From the IMG/VR virus record IMGVR_UViG_3300010371_000028, positions 1 to 64,000 of that record: 64,000 nt of DNA; one strand, given 5' to 3'. How positions within the stretch are numbered: position 1 is the first letter of the stretch; every line of letters starts with the position of its first letter. The stretch is from a virus. The notes under the pieces were generated by a model. It worked only from the letters and a program-made list of their open reading frames with translations, had not been told where the DNA came from and did no database searches. The position numbers and the translations under genes were made by a program. This document shows, piece by piece, positions 28,185-37,634 of this stretch.

Positions 28185-28271
28185 AATATGTTAACGGTTC
28201 CCAGCAGCGCTGATCGGTAGATCTTTCCGAGCGGCCCTGGCTTTGCCCCACCAAATACCCCACCGGCCCGG

Positions 28272-28973
28272 TCACGGCTGCCCGAACCGGGCCCGCGAAC
28301 CGTTCGCCGAACCCGCGTCCGGCACCGACGCCAGCCGCCGCACGCCGGGCGCCGGACGCTTGCTCTCCAGCAGCTTGGCCGCAAGGCACACCAGAGCCTC
28401 GAGCTGCTCCACGGACATCGCCTCCATCCGGTCCAGGCCCGCGAGCGCCGCGCACCGCGCATCCTCACGTTCCGCCGCCGACTCGAGCCGCCCACGCTGA
28501 TACGCGAACGCCTCCCGCCTGGCCGTCTGGACCTCACAGTCCGCGGCGTTGGCGGCCTGGATCCCGGCGGCCTCAGGCAGGATCACCGCGAACACGCCGC
28601 TGATCGCGTTGAAGTGCAGGGCGCCGCCGAGCGTCAGGACCGTGAGGACGAGCGCGAGGGTGAAGCAGGAGGCGGCGATGAGCCGGCATGTCTGGGGGGT
28701 GAGGCAGCGGGCGGGACCGCGCATGGGCAGGATCGGGCAGCCGATGGCGCCGATGCAGCCGAGTCCGACGAGCCAGGTTTCGACCATGGCGAATCTGGCG
28801 GCGCCGGGGAGGGCGAGGCGGGTGGAGTGGAGGGCGAGGACGGTGGCTGCGGCGGCCCAGAGGGCGGCTGCGGCGATCCAGGGGCGGTGGCGGAGGTAGC
28901 CGAACGTCCGTGCGAACCGGCCGCGTACCGGTTCGCCTTGGGCTGGGTCGGCTTGGGGTGGTGCGGTGAGCAA
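28272..28973 (-). CDS. Multi-pass membrane protein (accessory)
   Basis: GAGGGGG SD before TTG; three to four hydrophobic segments then a helical tail. Confidence 0.65.
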   Translation of the reverse strand: MLTAPPQADPAQGEPVRGRFARTFGYLRHRPWIAAAALWAAAATVLALHSTRLALPGAARFAMVETWLVGLGCIGAIGCPILPMRGPARCLTPQTCRLIAASCFTLALVLTVLTLGGALHFNAISGVFAVILPEAAGIQAANAADCEVQTARREAFAYQRGRLESAAEREDARCAALAGLDRMEAMSVEQLEALVCLAAKLLESKRPAPGVRRLASVPDAGSANGSRARFGQP

Positions 28974-29221
28974 AATTTCCCCCTCGATGTCGTAAAGGGC
29001 GGCGGCTTGCCCATTGTGGCCTCTCCCACCGAGGCCGGGGCAAGTACCGGACTGCCATCGTTGCAGAACACGAACGGTAGCGTGCTCACTCGTGCAGGTG
29101 ACGAATGGATGGGACGCTACTGCTGTACCCAACTGTGGTCAAGGGCGGTACCCATGAGCGCCCATGACGCCCGGCCCACCACGTGTTTTACCTTGCGGCA
29201 GGCGAGTATTACGCTGCCGGT

Positions 29222-29662
29222 ATGCCTGGAAGCCGTCCGCAGGCCACACTCGGGGCCCGCATCGCTCTGCGCCGCAGGGAACTTCGCCTGACCGTAATCG
29301 ACGCCGCCCGTCGCGCCGGGGTCAGCCATAAGACGTGGCGCTACTGGGAGCGTGACGCGCGCAGACCCGAGGACGTGAATCACCGGCTGATCGAGGAGTT
29401 CTGCGAGTGGGAGCCCGGTTCCGTTGACGCGGTCCTGCTCGGCCGTGAGCCGGTCCGGCGCGGTCTCGCCAGCGTCACCGAGCTGCATCCGGGTGTCGCG
29501 CACGCCCCGCCGGACGACGAGCTGATCCGGGAGTTGCGTGCGATGGACCTGCCCGAGCAGTTTCTCAACAACCTCATAGCCGCCTACTGGAGTGAGAAGG
29601 CGCACGCGGACACCCAGCGCCAGCACCGATATCTCGGGCTGGCCCGGGAGGCTAGCGGCTAG
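29222..29662 (+). CDS. XRE-family HTH regulator
   Basis: RRRELRLTVIDAARRAGVSHKTWRYWERDARRP; TACGCT -10 box 6 nt before ATG (leaderless geometry). Confidence 0.85.
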   Translation: MPGSRPQATLGARIALRRRELRLTVIDAARRAGVSHKTWRYWERDARRPEDVNHRLIEEFCEWEPGSVDAVLLGREPVRRGLASVTELHPGVAHAPPDDELIRELRAMDLPEQFLNNLIAAYWSEKAHADTQRQHRYLGLAREASG

Positions 29663-29746
29663 ATCCCTTGCGGGCAAGGTCGTACGGCGCGAGCATCACT
29701 CGATCGTGTAGATGCGCGCCCTGCGACCGAGGAGCATGCTGCAAGG

Positions 29747-30457
29747 ATGGGTTTTCCGGCCTTCGCGGTGGTGGCCTTCGCGGCCGGGCTGGCCGTCGGG
29801 CTGGTGCTGCTCGCGGCATATGTGGCCCGCAATTCGCGGCGTATCAGGCGCCTCGAGGATCAGGTGGCGGTGCTGACGCGGCGTCAGGCGGCGCATGGCC
29901 TAGTGATCCGGCATTTGGCGGAGGAGTGGGTGGATCCGCAGGAGCCGCCCCCGCCGTCGCGTCCGGTGTTGCGTGTCCTCGGCGGGGGTGCGGCGGTCGC
30001 GGCGTTTTTCGCTGTGCTGCGCCTTGTGCGTGCGTATCCGGCTCGGGCTGCGCTGGTGTCGGGTGCGGTCGCGGCGACGGCGGGGGTCGCGGTCGCTTTG
30101 GCGGTCGTGCCGCCGTCCGGCGTGGGCGTCGGTAACCGTGGTGTCTCGTCGTCGGGGGTGCGGTCGTCTGCGGCGTCTGTGCGGCCTGTGGCGGGGGCAT
30201 CGGGGTCGGCTGGTGGCAGGCCTGCGCCGGTGCCCGGGCGGTCGCGGGCGCCGAGTGCAGGAGGGGCCGGTTCGGCCGTTGCGACGCCGACTGCGTTCGG
30301 CCCGGCAGGCTTGCCGTCGCCGAGTCCGGGCGCGCCTACGGGCTTCGTGCCTACGCCGCCTGTGGCGGTGCCGGTCTTCACGCCGAGCGGGACCGGGTCG
30401 TCCTCGTGCGCGGTGGTGGTCGCGGCGCCGCCGCTGCTGTCGCTGTGTGTACCGTAG
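29747..30457 (+). CDS. Membrane protein with Pro/Ser/Ala-rich extracellular tail
   Basis: N-terminal TM helix, coiled coil, further hydrophobic segments, low-complexity tail ending SSSCAVVVAAPPLLSLCVP. Confidence 0.65.
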   Translation: MGFPAFAVVAFAAGLAVGLVLLAAYVARNSRRIRRLEDQVAVLTRRQAAHGLVIRHLAEEWVDPQEPPPPSRPVLRVLGGGAAVAAFFAVLRLVRAYPARAALVSGAVAATAGVAVALAVVPPSGVGVGNRGVSSSGVRSSAASVRPVAGASGSAGGRPAPVPGRSRAPSAGGAGSAVATPTAFGPAGLPSPSPGAPTGFVPTPPVAVPVFTPSGTGSSSCAVVVAAPPLLSLCVP

Positions 30458-30469
30458 AACGCCGAAAGG

Positions 30470-30508
30470 GCCCCCACCACCCAGCCCGGAGGCGTGGGTG
30501 GTGGGGGC
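30470..30508. terminator. Bidirectional hairpin between convergent genes
   Basis: gcccccaccaccca / tgggtggtgggggc 14-bp stem. Confidence 0.7.
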
Positions 30509-30528
30509 TTGGAGTCGGCGAGGGCGGG

Positions 30529-31578
30529 TCAGGCGGCGGGGATCCCGAGTGCCTTGGACGTGTGCTTCCCGACTATCCCGTCGGGGGGGAGTTTGCGGTG
30601 CCGCTGGAACGCGAGCACTTCGGTGGCCGTGGCCGGTCCGGCCGTCGAGTCCGTCCCGCCGTCGCCGAGGCCTTCGCCGACGAGGGCGCGCTGCACGACC
30701 AGGGTGCGGGCCCGCAGGTGCTGCCACGTCACGGGGCCGACCTGAGAGTCCACGTGGATCTTGAACGCCTTCTGTGCGGCGTCGACCGCAACCTTAGTGT
30801 TGCCGCCGTAGTGCCCGTCGACTCCCTTGGGGTCTTGCCCGGCGAGCATGAGGGCGCGCTGGAGGAGGGTGACCCAGGGGCCGGTGGTGCCGGGCGAGAC
30901 GGTCGGCCAGGACGGCGCGGGCTTCGATCCGGTCGGCGTCGGGGCGGACGGCGCCGTGGTGTCGAGGAGCCGAGCGAGCTGCGTCGCGGAGCCGCGGTAC
31001 GCGTTGATGTCGATGCGCTGCCCGGACTCGATGCCGGCGTCGGTGAACTGCCACAGGGACGGCGTGACACCGCCGTAGCCGGCCCATTCGGTCGCGTTGT
31101 CGCCCGGGTACAGGGCGACGGGCGTCCCGGCCTTCATGGTCGGGTAGGCGGCGTTGATGAGCGCGAGGCCGCGGGAGGCGAGCGGCGCGGCGAGGGCGGG
31201 CGAGCCGAGCGAAGCCCAGCGGCCGTGGGCGAAGTAGAGCAGCCGCGGGTGCAACTCGGCGGCGGTCATCGCGTCGGCGACGTCGAGGGCCTGCCGGAAG
31301 CCGCCCTCTTCGAAGTCGAGCATGACCGGCAGGGACGGGTCGCCGATGTGGGTCTTGAGCCACGCGGCCTGCGCTGTAGGGCTGGATCCGTCGATGTAGT
31401 GGTAGGCCGCGACGATGAGGCCCGCGGTCTTGGCTTCGGTGAGCCAGCCCGCATAGTCGGGGTCGACGTAGGTGGCGCCTTGGGTGGCTTTGATGAACAG
31501 GCCCGCGCAGTCGGGGCGCAGCGCGGCCGGTATCAGGCCGTGCTGGTAGGACGCGATGTCAGCGACGAACACCGTCAT
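30529..31578 (-). CDS. Endolysin: GH25 muramidase plus two peptidoglycan-binding domains
   Basis: DIASYQ...FIKATQG..Y...AYHY...LDFEE...LWQFTD...IDIN, then LQRAL...DGHYGGNT and FQRHRKLPPDGIVG. Confidence 0.92.
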   Translation of the reverse strand: MTVFVADIASYQHGLIPAALRPDCAGLFIKATQGATYVDPDYAGWLTEAKTAGLIVAAYHYIDGSSPTAQAAWLKTHIGDPSLPVMLDFEEGGFRQALDVADAMTAAELHPRLLYFAHGRWASLGSPALAAPLASRGLALINAAYPTMKAGTPVALYPGDNATEWAGYGGVTPSLWQFTDAGIESGQRIDINAYRGSATQLARLLDTTAPSAPTPTGSKPAPSWPTVSPGTTGPWVTLLQRALMLAGQDPKGVDGHYGGNTKVAVDAAQKAFKIHVDSQVGPVTWQHLRARTLVVQRALVGEGLGDGGTDSTAGPATATEVLAFQRHRKLPPDGIVGKHTSKALGIPAA

Positions 31579-31579
31579 G

Positions 31580-32389
31580 TCAGTCTCCAAGGAGGAAGAG
31601 GTCTTCTCGCCGCAGGAGCGGCAGGCCGAGCAGCAGCAGGCCTTTGAGGGTTGGCGGGCTCGGCGTGGTGGGGGTGGCGCTGGGGCCCAGTGCTGGCGCG
31701 GGCGTGCTCGCCTGCGTGCTGCCCGATGGGTTCGGTGTGGTCGCCGGGTGGGTGCGCAGGGATTCGGCCGCGGTGTTGGCGGCGCCGGTCGCGGACGGGC
31801 TGCTGCTGGCCGTGGCGGGCGTGCAGGTGTAGTGCGGTGCCGGGGACTGGCCGTCCAGGGTGCAGTCGTAGGTGACGCCGGACGGGTCGGTCCAGGACCA
31901 GCCGGCCGGGGGAGAACCGGGGGCGCCGTTTTGGCCCGCCTCTCCGGCCGGACCGACGGCTCCCGGACTGCCGGGTACGCCTGGCTCGCCTTGTGGGCCG
32001 GCCGGTCCGCTCGGGCCCACGCTTCCGGGGGCTCCGCTGACACCCGGGCTTCCCGGGGAACCGGGGGCGCCGGTCGCGCCTACGCCCGCAGGGCCCTGCG
32101 GGCCAGCCGGACCCGACACTGTAATCGTCTCGAGGATCTCGCTGGGCGCCGGCACCACGGGTGTCGCACCGAGATCCTTGATCTGGGCGCGGGCCGAATT
32201 CACCGCGCCCGCGAGACCGTCGATCTGCGCGTCCTGCGTTGCTTTCGCCGCACCCAGACCGGAGATCTGCGTCGAGTCCGAATGCAGCATCAGCAGCATG
32301 TACACCATGAGCGCGAGCGCGAGCAGCGCGCACAGCATCAGGGCGGAGGAGAACCAGTTCCGGCGAAGCCGTTCGGGCGTGCCCGTCAC
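31580..32389 (-). CDS. Membrane-anchored collagen-like protein
   Basis: TM helix, coiled coil, then a G-X-Y run ([21 protein letters not shown]...). Confidence 0.8.
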   Translation of the reverse strand: MTGTPERLRRNWFSSALMLCALLALALMVYMLLMLHSDSTQISGLGAAKATQDAQIDGLAGAVNSARAQIKDLGATPVVPAPSEILETITVSGPAGPQGPAGVGATGAPGSPGSPGVSGAPGSVGPSGPAGPQGEPGVPGSPGAVGPAGEAGQNGAPGSPPAGWSWTDPSGVTYDCTLDGQSPAPHYTCTPATASSSPSATGAANTAAESLRTHPATTPNPSGSTQASTPAPALGPSATPTTPSPPTLKGLLLLGLPLLRREDLFLLGD

Positions 32390-32754
32390 TACCTACCTCC
32401 CTGGTGGGCTGTCGCGTACCAGGCCGTGGCGAGTACCGCGAGGATTGAGGCGATCGCGAGCACGCGCGTCCAGACTCTGTCGCTGCGTTTCTCCACTGCG
32501 GCCTTCACTCCGTCGAGGGCCTTGCGCAGTTCTCCGAGAGCGTCCATGGCGATCTTGTGGCGTTCTTCGCAGTGCTCGTCGACCTCGGCGATGTCTTTCT
32601 GGAGGTGGCCGTTCTCGCGTTGCCAGGAGTCGACGGAGACGGTGGTCTGGGCGAGGTTGGTCAGCCGGTCGTCGAGTGCTTTCTGGTCGCGCTGGCGGTC
32701 ATCGAACTTGCCGAGGATCTCGCGGTTGCTGAGTGGCTCATCGGCCACGATCAC
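32389..32754 (-). CDS. Coiled-coil protein with C-terminal TM helix (lysis-cassette membrane protein)
   Basis: [21 protein letters not shown]. Confidence 0.7.
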   Translation of the reverse strand: MIVADEPLSNREILGKFDDRQRDQKALDDRLTNLAQTTVSVDSWQRENGHLQKDIAEVDEHCEERHKIAMDALGELRKALDGVKAAVEKRSDRVWTRVLAIASILAVLATAWYATAHQGGR

Positions 32755-32782
32755 CCCCGGGTTGCGCGTTGGTGGTCAAGGG

Positions 32783-33088
32783 CTAGGCGTCCGGTTTCTG
32801 CGCGTCGCGGTGGGCGGCGTGGATGTGCTCGGCAGTGACCAGGTCCGGGACGGCGGGGTGGTGGCGCTTACAAGCCCGGAACGGGGTGCCCTCGACCGGG
32901 TGTGAGCCCCACCGCCAGCAGAAGCGGGGGCTCTCGACGTGACAGGTGTGCTTGCGCCAGAACGCGATGAGGGCACCGATGAGGGTGAAGTTGCCGAGGT
33001 CGGAACAGAACCCCGACCAGAACGCCCCCCACCGGTTGCTCGAGTCGGTGATGCCGTACTCGTCCAGCAGGTGCAGGAGCCAGGTCAT
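32783..33088 (-). CDS. Small membrane protein with Cys/His domain
   Basis: FWSGFCSDLGNFTLIGALIAFWRKHTCH...CW...C.RHHP. Confidence 0.7.
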   Translation of the reverse strand: MTWLLHLLDEYGITDSSNRWGAFWSGFCSDLGNFTLIGALIAFWRKHTCHVESPRFCWRWGSHPVEGTPFRACKRHHPAVPDLVTAEHIHAAHRDAQKPDA

Positions 33089-33594
33089 GCTGAGGCGTCC
33101 GGCAGGAACTCGTACTCCTCGCGGGCGTACTTGTCGAGAAGCCATGCAGGATACGTGATCGCGTGAATGCCGTGGTTCGGAGAACGGTGATGCTTATCGC
33201 AGATGATCATTAAGCCACCCTCCCCTTCGGCGTAGTTGAGGAAGTCCTCGTCAGAGTGCAGATCCGCCTGCGGGAAATCCTTAGCGACCTTCCGCCAGTC
33301 GATCTCGGAGAGACCTGCGAACTCCGCGATGGCGTGGTGCGCCTCGAGTTGCTTCGCGCCTTCGCAGCGGTGTCCTTCTGGCAGCCCCGCCTTGATCTGC
33401 TGGAGGGTGGCGCCGCCAATCCAGCACCCGACGCCGAGTACATGAATCAGCCGGTGCTGCGCATGGTGGAAGATCTTGTAATGGGCGTCTTCCTCGCGCG
33501 GTGCGTGCGGCGGGTAGGCCACCACCTCGTGCAGCGTGCGCCGCTCGAGGTGCGGTGCGTGCGCCGCTACGGGCGAGTTGTCGTGGTCGGTCAC
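33085..33594 (-). CDS. His-rich protein, possible His-Me finger (DUF6424-like)
   Basis: YPPHAPRE...CWIG...LEAHH...ICDKHHRS...GIHAITYPAW. Confidence 0.7.
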   Translation of the reverse strand: MTDHDNSPVAAHAPHLERRTLHEVVAYPPHAPREEDAHYKIFHHAQHRLIHVLGVGCWIGGATLQQIKAGLPEGHRCEGAKQLEAHHAIAEFAGLSEIDWRKVAKDFPQADLHSDEDFLNYAEGEGGLMIICDKHHRSPNHGIHAITYPAWLLDKYAREEYEFLPDASA

Positions 33595-33605
33595 TGCAAG
33601 CCTTT

Positions 33606-34112
33606 CTAGACCGTACCGAGGTACGTGACGAACAGTTCCCGGATGAACTGCGTGGCGCCGTTCGCGTTAGGCGGCTCCGGGGTGAACGCTCCCGTCCCGG
33701 AGGTGCGGGTGGCGGAGAACCCGAATGTGTGCAACCCGGTCGAACTGGCGATGAACGTGTTGGCGAGAGGGATCGGCAGCCGGGAGAGGCTGCCGGTCGT
33801 CGTGGATGTCCACTGCGCCTGCGCGACCAGCGTGGACGATGCGGTCGGGTTCGATGCGCTGCCGGAGTCGCGGATCTGGAGCGAGTAGATGTCGTTGGCT
33901 ACGCCGCAGTTGCCGTGCAGTCCGAGCATGGTCGCCTGGTAGCGGCGTCCGGCGGTCAGTTGGCACTGGTAGTACCCGAGGACCGTGTCGAACGTCTCGG
34001 TGGCGCCGCTGGTGGCGGTGCCGGGGAGGGTTGTGGATGCGGGCGCGACCGTCGCGGGGACGGCGAGCGGCCCGGTCAGCGCCATCAGCAGGAGTTCGAG
34101 GTCTGACGCCAC
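33606..34112 (-). CDS. Minor tail-associated beta-rich protein
   Basis: Thr/Ser/Gly-rich beta-sandwich-like sequence at the end of the tail cluster. Confidence 0.65.
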   Translation of the reverse strand: MASDLELLLMALTGPLAVPATVAPASTTLPGTATSGATETFDTVLGYYQCQLTAGRRYQATMLGLHGNCGVANDIYSLQIRDSGSASNPTASSTLVAQAQWTSTTTGSLSRLPIPLANTFIASSTGLHTFGFSATRTSGTGAFTPEPPNANGATQFIRELFVTYLGTV

Positions 34113-34122
34113 GTCGGCCCCC

Positions 34123-36405
34123 TTAGGCGAGTTGGACGACGCCGGTGCCCTGGGTGGGCGCGGGCCAGGTACCGGACGCGGTGATCTGCGCGACGGTGGA
34201 GGCTTGCGGGCCGGTGTAGGTGTAGTGCGCGTGGGCGACGTCGAGGTACCAGCGCTGTGCCGAGGGCGGGGTTCCGGAGAGTGTCGCCTGGATCTGGAAG
34301 CCGTAGGCGCCGGCCGGGGCCTGGAGTGTATGTGTCTCCTCGGTCCATGTGGCCGCTGGGACGCTCGTCAGGTTCGCTGACGTGGAGATCGGTGTTCCGC
34401 CGGACACGGCCGTGTACCACGTGATCGACATGGAGAAGTTGGAGGTGGCCGTGTTGGTGAACCATGTCCAGCCGGTGGTGGTGCACCATTGTCCGGGCAT
34501 GCACGGCATGATCTCGGAGGCGGCGATGACGTTCGCGGCGCTGCCTGACGGGGTGATCTGCAGGGCGTACTGGCCTTCGTAGACCTGGGTGGTGGATTGG
34601 GCGCCGGTGCCGCCGGTCACGGTCCATGGGGAGGTCCCGGTCTCGAAGCCCTGGTTCGCGTTGAGCGCGACGGCTTGCCGTGTCGCCTCGCACACGCCGA
34701 GGACGCGCTGGTCCGGTGTCGTCGCGGACACGATCGTGGTGATGCGGGCGCCGTTGTCCGACCATAGGTGCAGCGCGGGTCCGCCGACGGACTGATCGAA
34801 GATCTGGATCGGGACGGCGTTGCCGCCGCCGGCCGACGTCCACGTGTAGGTGCCGCGAGGGCTGGTCAGCGCGGCCGGGTTGCCGGGGAAGACGTTGTGG
34901 TCCTGGTGCATCCGCAGGTAGTCGTTGAGGTCGCCGCCCTGCTGCTGCATGAGGATGTGGTACGTCGCACCGTTCGTCAGGCCCGTGGCGGGCAGCGGCG
35001 CCGAGATGTACGGGGTGAGCGCGATCGGGAAAGTCACGTAGTTGCTCGTGCGCAGTCCGAGAATCAGGACCGTGCCGTTGCCTTGGTCGATCGCCCCGTT
35101 GAAGATCGAGAGGAGGTTGCCGGAGGAGCTCCATGCCGCCGCGGGTCCGGTCGCGCAGACGCCGAGGCCGAAGAGCGTGTCGGTATCGGACGTCACGTAG
35201 ATCATGCTGTTGTTCGAGAAAACGGTGTTGTTCAGGTTGCCGATGGCGACCGGGAGCGACGGTCCGGGCACCCAGGCGCCGAGGGACCCGTCGGAGTGGA
35301 TCGGCGCGTACCACACGGAGGTGACGTTGCCGGCGAGCGCTTCGCCCGCCATCAGGAACAGGAATCCCTGCATGGCTGTCACGAAGCTGAGCTGGGTTGC
35401 CACGGGCATCGGCGTGCCCGCGTTCCAGGCGGTGATCTGCCCGTTCTGCACCTGCGCGTAGGAAACCGTGTTGATCGGGTCGCCGCCGGGGTTCGGGATC
35501 CCTCCGAGCACGTACACGTACCCGTTGTAGGAGCACGTCGCCTGGTTCTGGACGGCGTACGGGAGCGAGGTCTGCGTGGACCACGCCGAGAGTTGGCCTG
35601 TCGTCGGGTCGATCGACGCCGTGTAGACCGCTCCGCTGGGCGTGCCGAAGAAGCTCGTCGAGCCGCCCGCGGTGACGATGACGGGAGCTTGCGTGACCGC
35701 GTCGATGACTGCGCAGGTCTTTCCCGACCCGTCGTTCGTGGTGGGGAACGCGGCCTGTGGGATGGCCTGCGAGAGGGCCGCGGTCGCGCCGGACTGGGTG
35801 TAGGGGATCGTGAACACGGCCGAGAGGGCCGCGCCGGCTGCTACGCCGCCGATCTGGACCATGTAGTTGCCGTAGTACGTGGCCGACGGCGCGGCCGTCG
35901 AGGTCGTGTACGGGTACGGCCAGGGCGTGGTCAGGGACGCCTCCATGATCGTCCCGTTGAACTGGGCGACGGCGAGGGGGTTTCCGGTCAGCTGGGTGCT
36001 GAACGAGGTGCCCTCGGCGATCCCGGACACCGCGGCCAACTGGTAGATCCAGTTCGCGGGGATCCGGGCTTGCTGGAGCACGGTGCCGGGCACGCCCGCA
36101 TTGTCGGCGCACAGCGACACGAGCAGGTCCGCGCCGCCCCCGACGGGCAGCAGCGGGATCTGGACGCGGCCGATCGCGGTCCCTGACATCGTGAACGGCT
36201 GGTCGATGTCCGTGGAGGACAGGTCGCGTTTCCATGCCGAGGCGCCCGAGCCGTTTGGCGTGAGGATCGGGTTGCCCTGGTAGAGCGCGGTGATGCCGTG
36301 CGTGCCGAGGAACTGGTTGACCTGGCCGGCGCCTGCCGTCGCAGAGGCGTCGCCGATGAGCCCGTTGTGCGGTGCCGAGTAGATCGGCGTGGTCGTTGTC
36401 GCCAT
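34123..36405 (-). CDS. Tail receptor-binding protein with Kelch-like repeats and a C-terminal carbohydrate-binding-like module
   Basis: AAGGAAGG SD; WSTQTSLP...NGYVYVLGG, WNAGTPMP...GFLFLMAG, WVPGPSLP repeats; NQGFETGTSPW...GQYALQIT. Confidence 0.75.
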   Translation of the reverse strand: MATTTTPIYSAPHNGLIGDASATAGAGQVNQFLGTHGITALYQGNPILTPNGSGASAWKRDLSSTDIDQPFTMSGTAIGRVQIPLLPVGGGADLLVSLCADNAGVPGTVLQQARIPANWIYQLAAVSGIAEGTSFSTQLTGNPLAVAQFNGTIMEASLTTPWPYPYTTSTAAPSATYYGNYMVQIGGVAAGAALSAVFTIPYTQSGATAALSQAIPQAAFPTTNDGSGKTCAVIDAVTQAPVIVTAGGSTSFFGTPSGAVYTASIDPTTGQLSAWSTQTSLPYAVQNQATCSYNGYVYVLGGIPNPGGDPINTVSYAQVQNGQITAWNAGTPMPVATQLSFVTAMQGFLFLMAGEALAGNVTSVWYAPIHSDGSLGAWVPGPSLPVAIGNLNNTVFSNNSMIYVTSDTDTLFGLGVCATGPAAAWSSSGNLLSIFNGAIDQGNGTVLILGLRTSNYVTFPIALTPYISAPLPATGLTNGATYHILMQQQGGDLNDYLRMHQDHNVFPGNPAALTSPRGTYTWTSAGGGNAVPIQIFDQSVGGPALHLWSDNGARITTIVSATTPDQRVLGVCEATRQAVALNANQGFETGTSPWTVTGGTGAQSTTQVYEGQYALQITPSGSAANVIAASEIMPCMPGQWCTTTGWTWFTNTATSNFSMSITWYTAVSGGTPISTSANLTSVPAATWTEETHTLQAPAGAYGFQIQATLSGTPPSAQRWYLDVAHAHYTYTGPQASTVAQITASGTWPAPTQGTGVVQLA

Positions 36406-36503
36406 CGGCGCCTTCCTTGTCTGCGGAATCGGCTACCGTCGGTACCAGAGTCGGACTCAGGGGGTTGATCTTCGTGTTGCAGCGTGAAGCCGAGGCCACG
36501 TCG

Positions 36504-37634
36504 GTGATCCGCGTGCGCCCTTCCACGCGTATCGGACGCGCCTACTGGTCGGCCACGCGGCACTTGAACCGGCGAGACCGGCGCATCCTCGGCCTGTGGG
36601 GCAGCGCGCACCTCGGACTGGCGGTACTCGCGTGGATGAGCTCGTGGATAAGTGGCCAGCGCGGCATCTACCACGCGCTACTCGGGATCTACGCGCAGTG
36701 GGACTACGACTGGTACCGCGCTATCGCCGCCCACGGGTACTTCAGCGGCCGGTCCGGAGGCGAGGCGGCGCGGGCGTTCCTGCCCGGGTTCCCGGTCGTC
36801 CTCGCGGCCGTGCACCTGCTCGTGCGCAACTGGGTCGCGTCCGGGCTGCTCGTCTCGCTGGTCGCGGGCGGCGTCGCGCTCGTGTGCATCGGCCGCCTCG
36901 GCGGTGAGCGCGCAGCCCTCTACCTGCTGACCGCACCGGCCGCGATGTACCTGGCGGTCGGCTACTCCGAGTCGCTGTTCCTCGCGCTCGCGCTGCCCGC
37001 GTGGATGGCCGCGCAGCGGCGGGACTGGCCGCTCGCCGCCGTCATTGCGGCCCTCGCGGGGCTCGTCCGCGTCAACGGACTCTTCCTCATCGTCGCCCTG
37101 CTCGTCGCCGCCGCAACGTCCGAACGCGGGAAGCGGCTACGCGCGATTGCGTGGTCGTCGTTCGGGTTCGTCGGCCCGGCCGCCTACGTTGCGTATCTGT
37201 GGGCCGGGACGGGCTCGCCCACCGCCTGGTTCGCGGCCAGCAACGCCGGCTGGGGCCTGCACCTGGTCTCGCCCTGGTCCGCGTGGAAGACCACGTGGGG
37301 AATGGCGTTCGGGCGCGTGCTGCCGCCGGACCGTGCCGCGATGTTCCAGGTCGAGATCGCGTGCATCCTTGCCGCGTGGGCACTCACGCTCGTCCTGCTG
37401 CGTCGCCACGCCTGGGCCGAGGCGACCTACTGCGGGCTCGCGGCTGCCGTGCTCAGCTGCACGACGTACTACCAGGCGGTCCCGCGCGCCGTCCTGATCA
37501 TGTGGCCGCTTTATGTGCTGGTCGCCCGCGCGGCCGAGAAGCGGCCCTGGGTCGGACAGGTGTACCTGTGGGTCTGGGCACCGCTCGCCGTGGTCGTGGC
37601 CGTTTACTTCTTCCTGGGCAAGTGGGCGGTCTAG
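36504..37634 (+). CDS. PIG-V/Gpi18-like GT-C membrane mannosyltransferase (antisense moron)
   Basis: QWDYDWYRAIAAHGY, AFLPGFP, VGYSESLFLAL, RVNGL; about ten TM segments. GTG start estimated. Confidence 0.85.
   Translation: MIRVRPSTRIGRAYWSATRHLNRRDRRILGLWGSAHLGLAVLAWMSSWISGQRGIYHALLGIYAQWDYDWYRAIAAHGYFSGRSGGEAARAFLPGFPVVLAAVHLLVRNWVASGLLVSLVAGGVALVCIGRLGGERAALYLLTAPAAMYLAVGYSESLFLALALPAWMAAQRRDWPLAAVIAALAGLVRVNGLFLIVALLVAAATSERGKRLRAIAWSSFGFVGPAAYVAYLWAGTGSPTAWFAASNAGWGLHLVSPWSAWKTTWGMAFGRVLPPDRAAMFQVEIACILAAWALTLVLLRRHAWAEATYCGLAAAVLSCTTYYQAVPRAVLIMWPLYVLVARAAEKRPWVGQVYLWVWAPLAVVVAVYFFLGKWAV

Noticed and set aside
28140-28190. Complete tRNA gene
   Set aside because: Only the T-arm and 3' acceptor half are present, with no D-arm or anticodon arm; treated as an att core.
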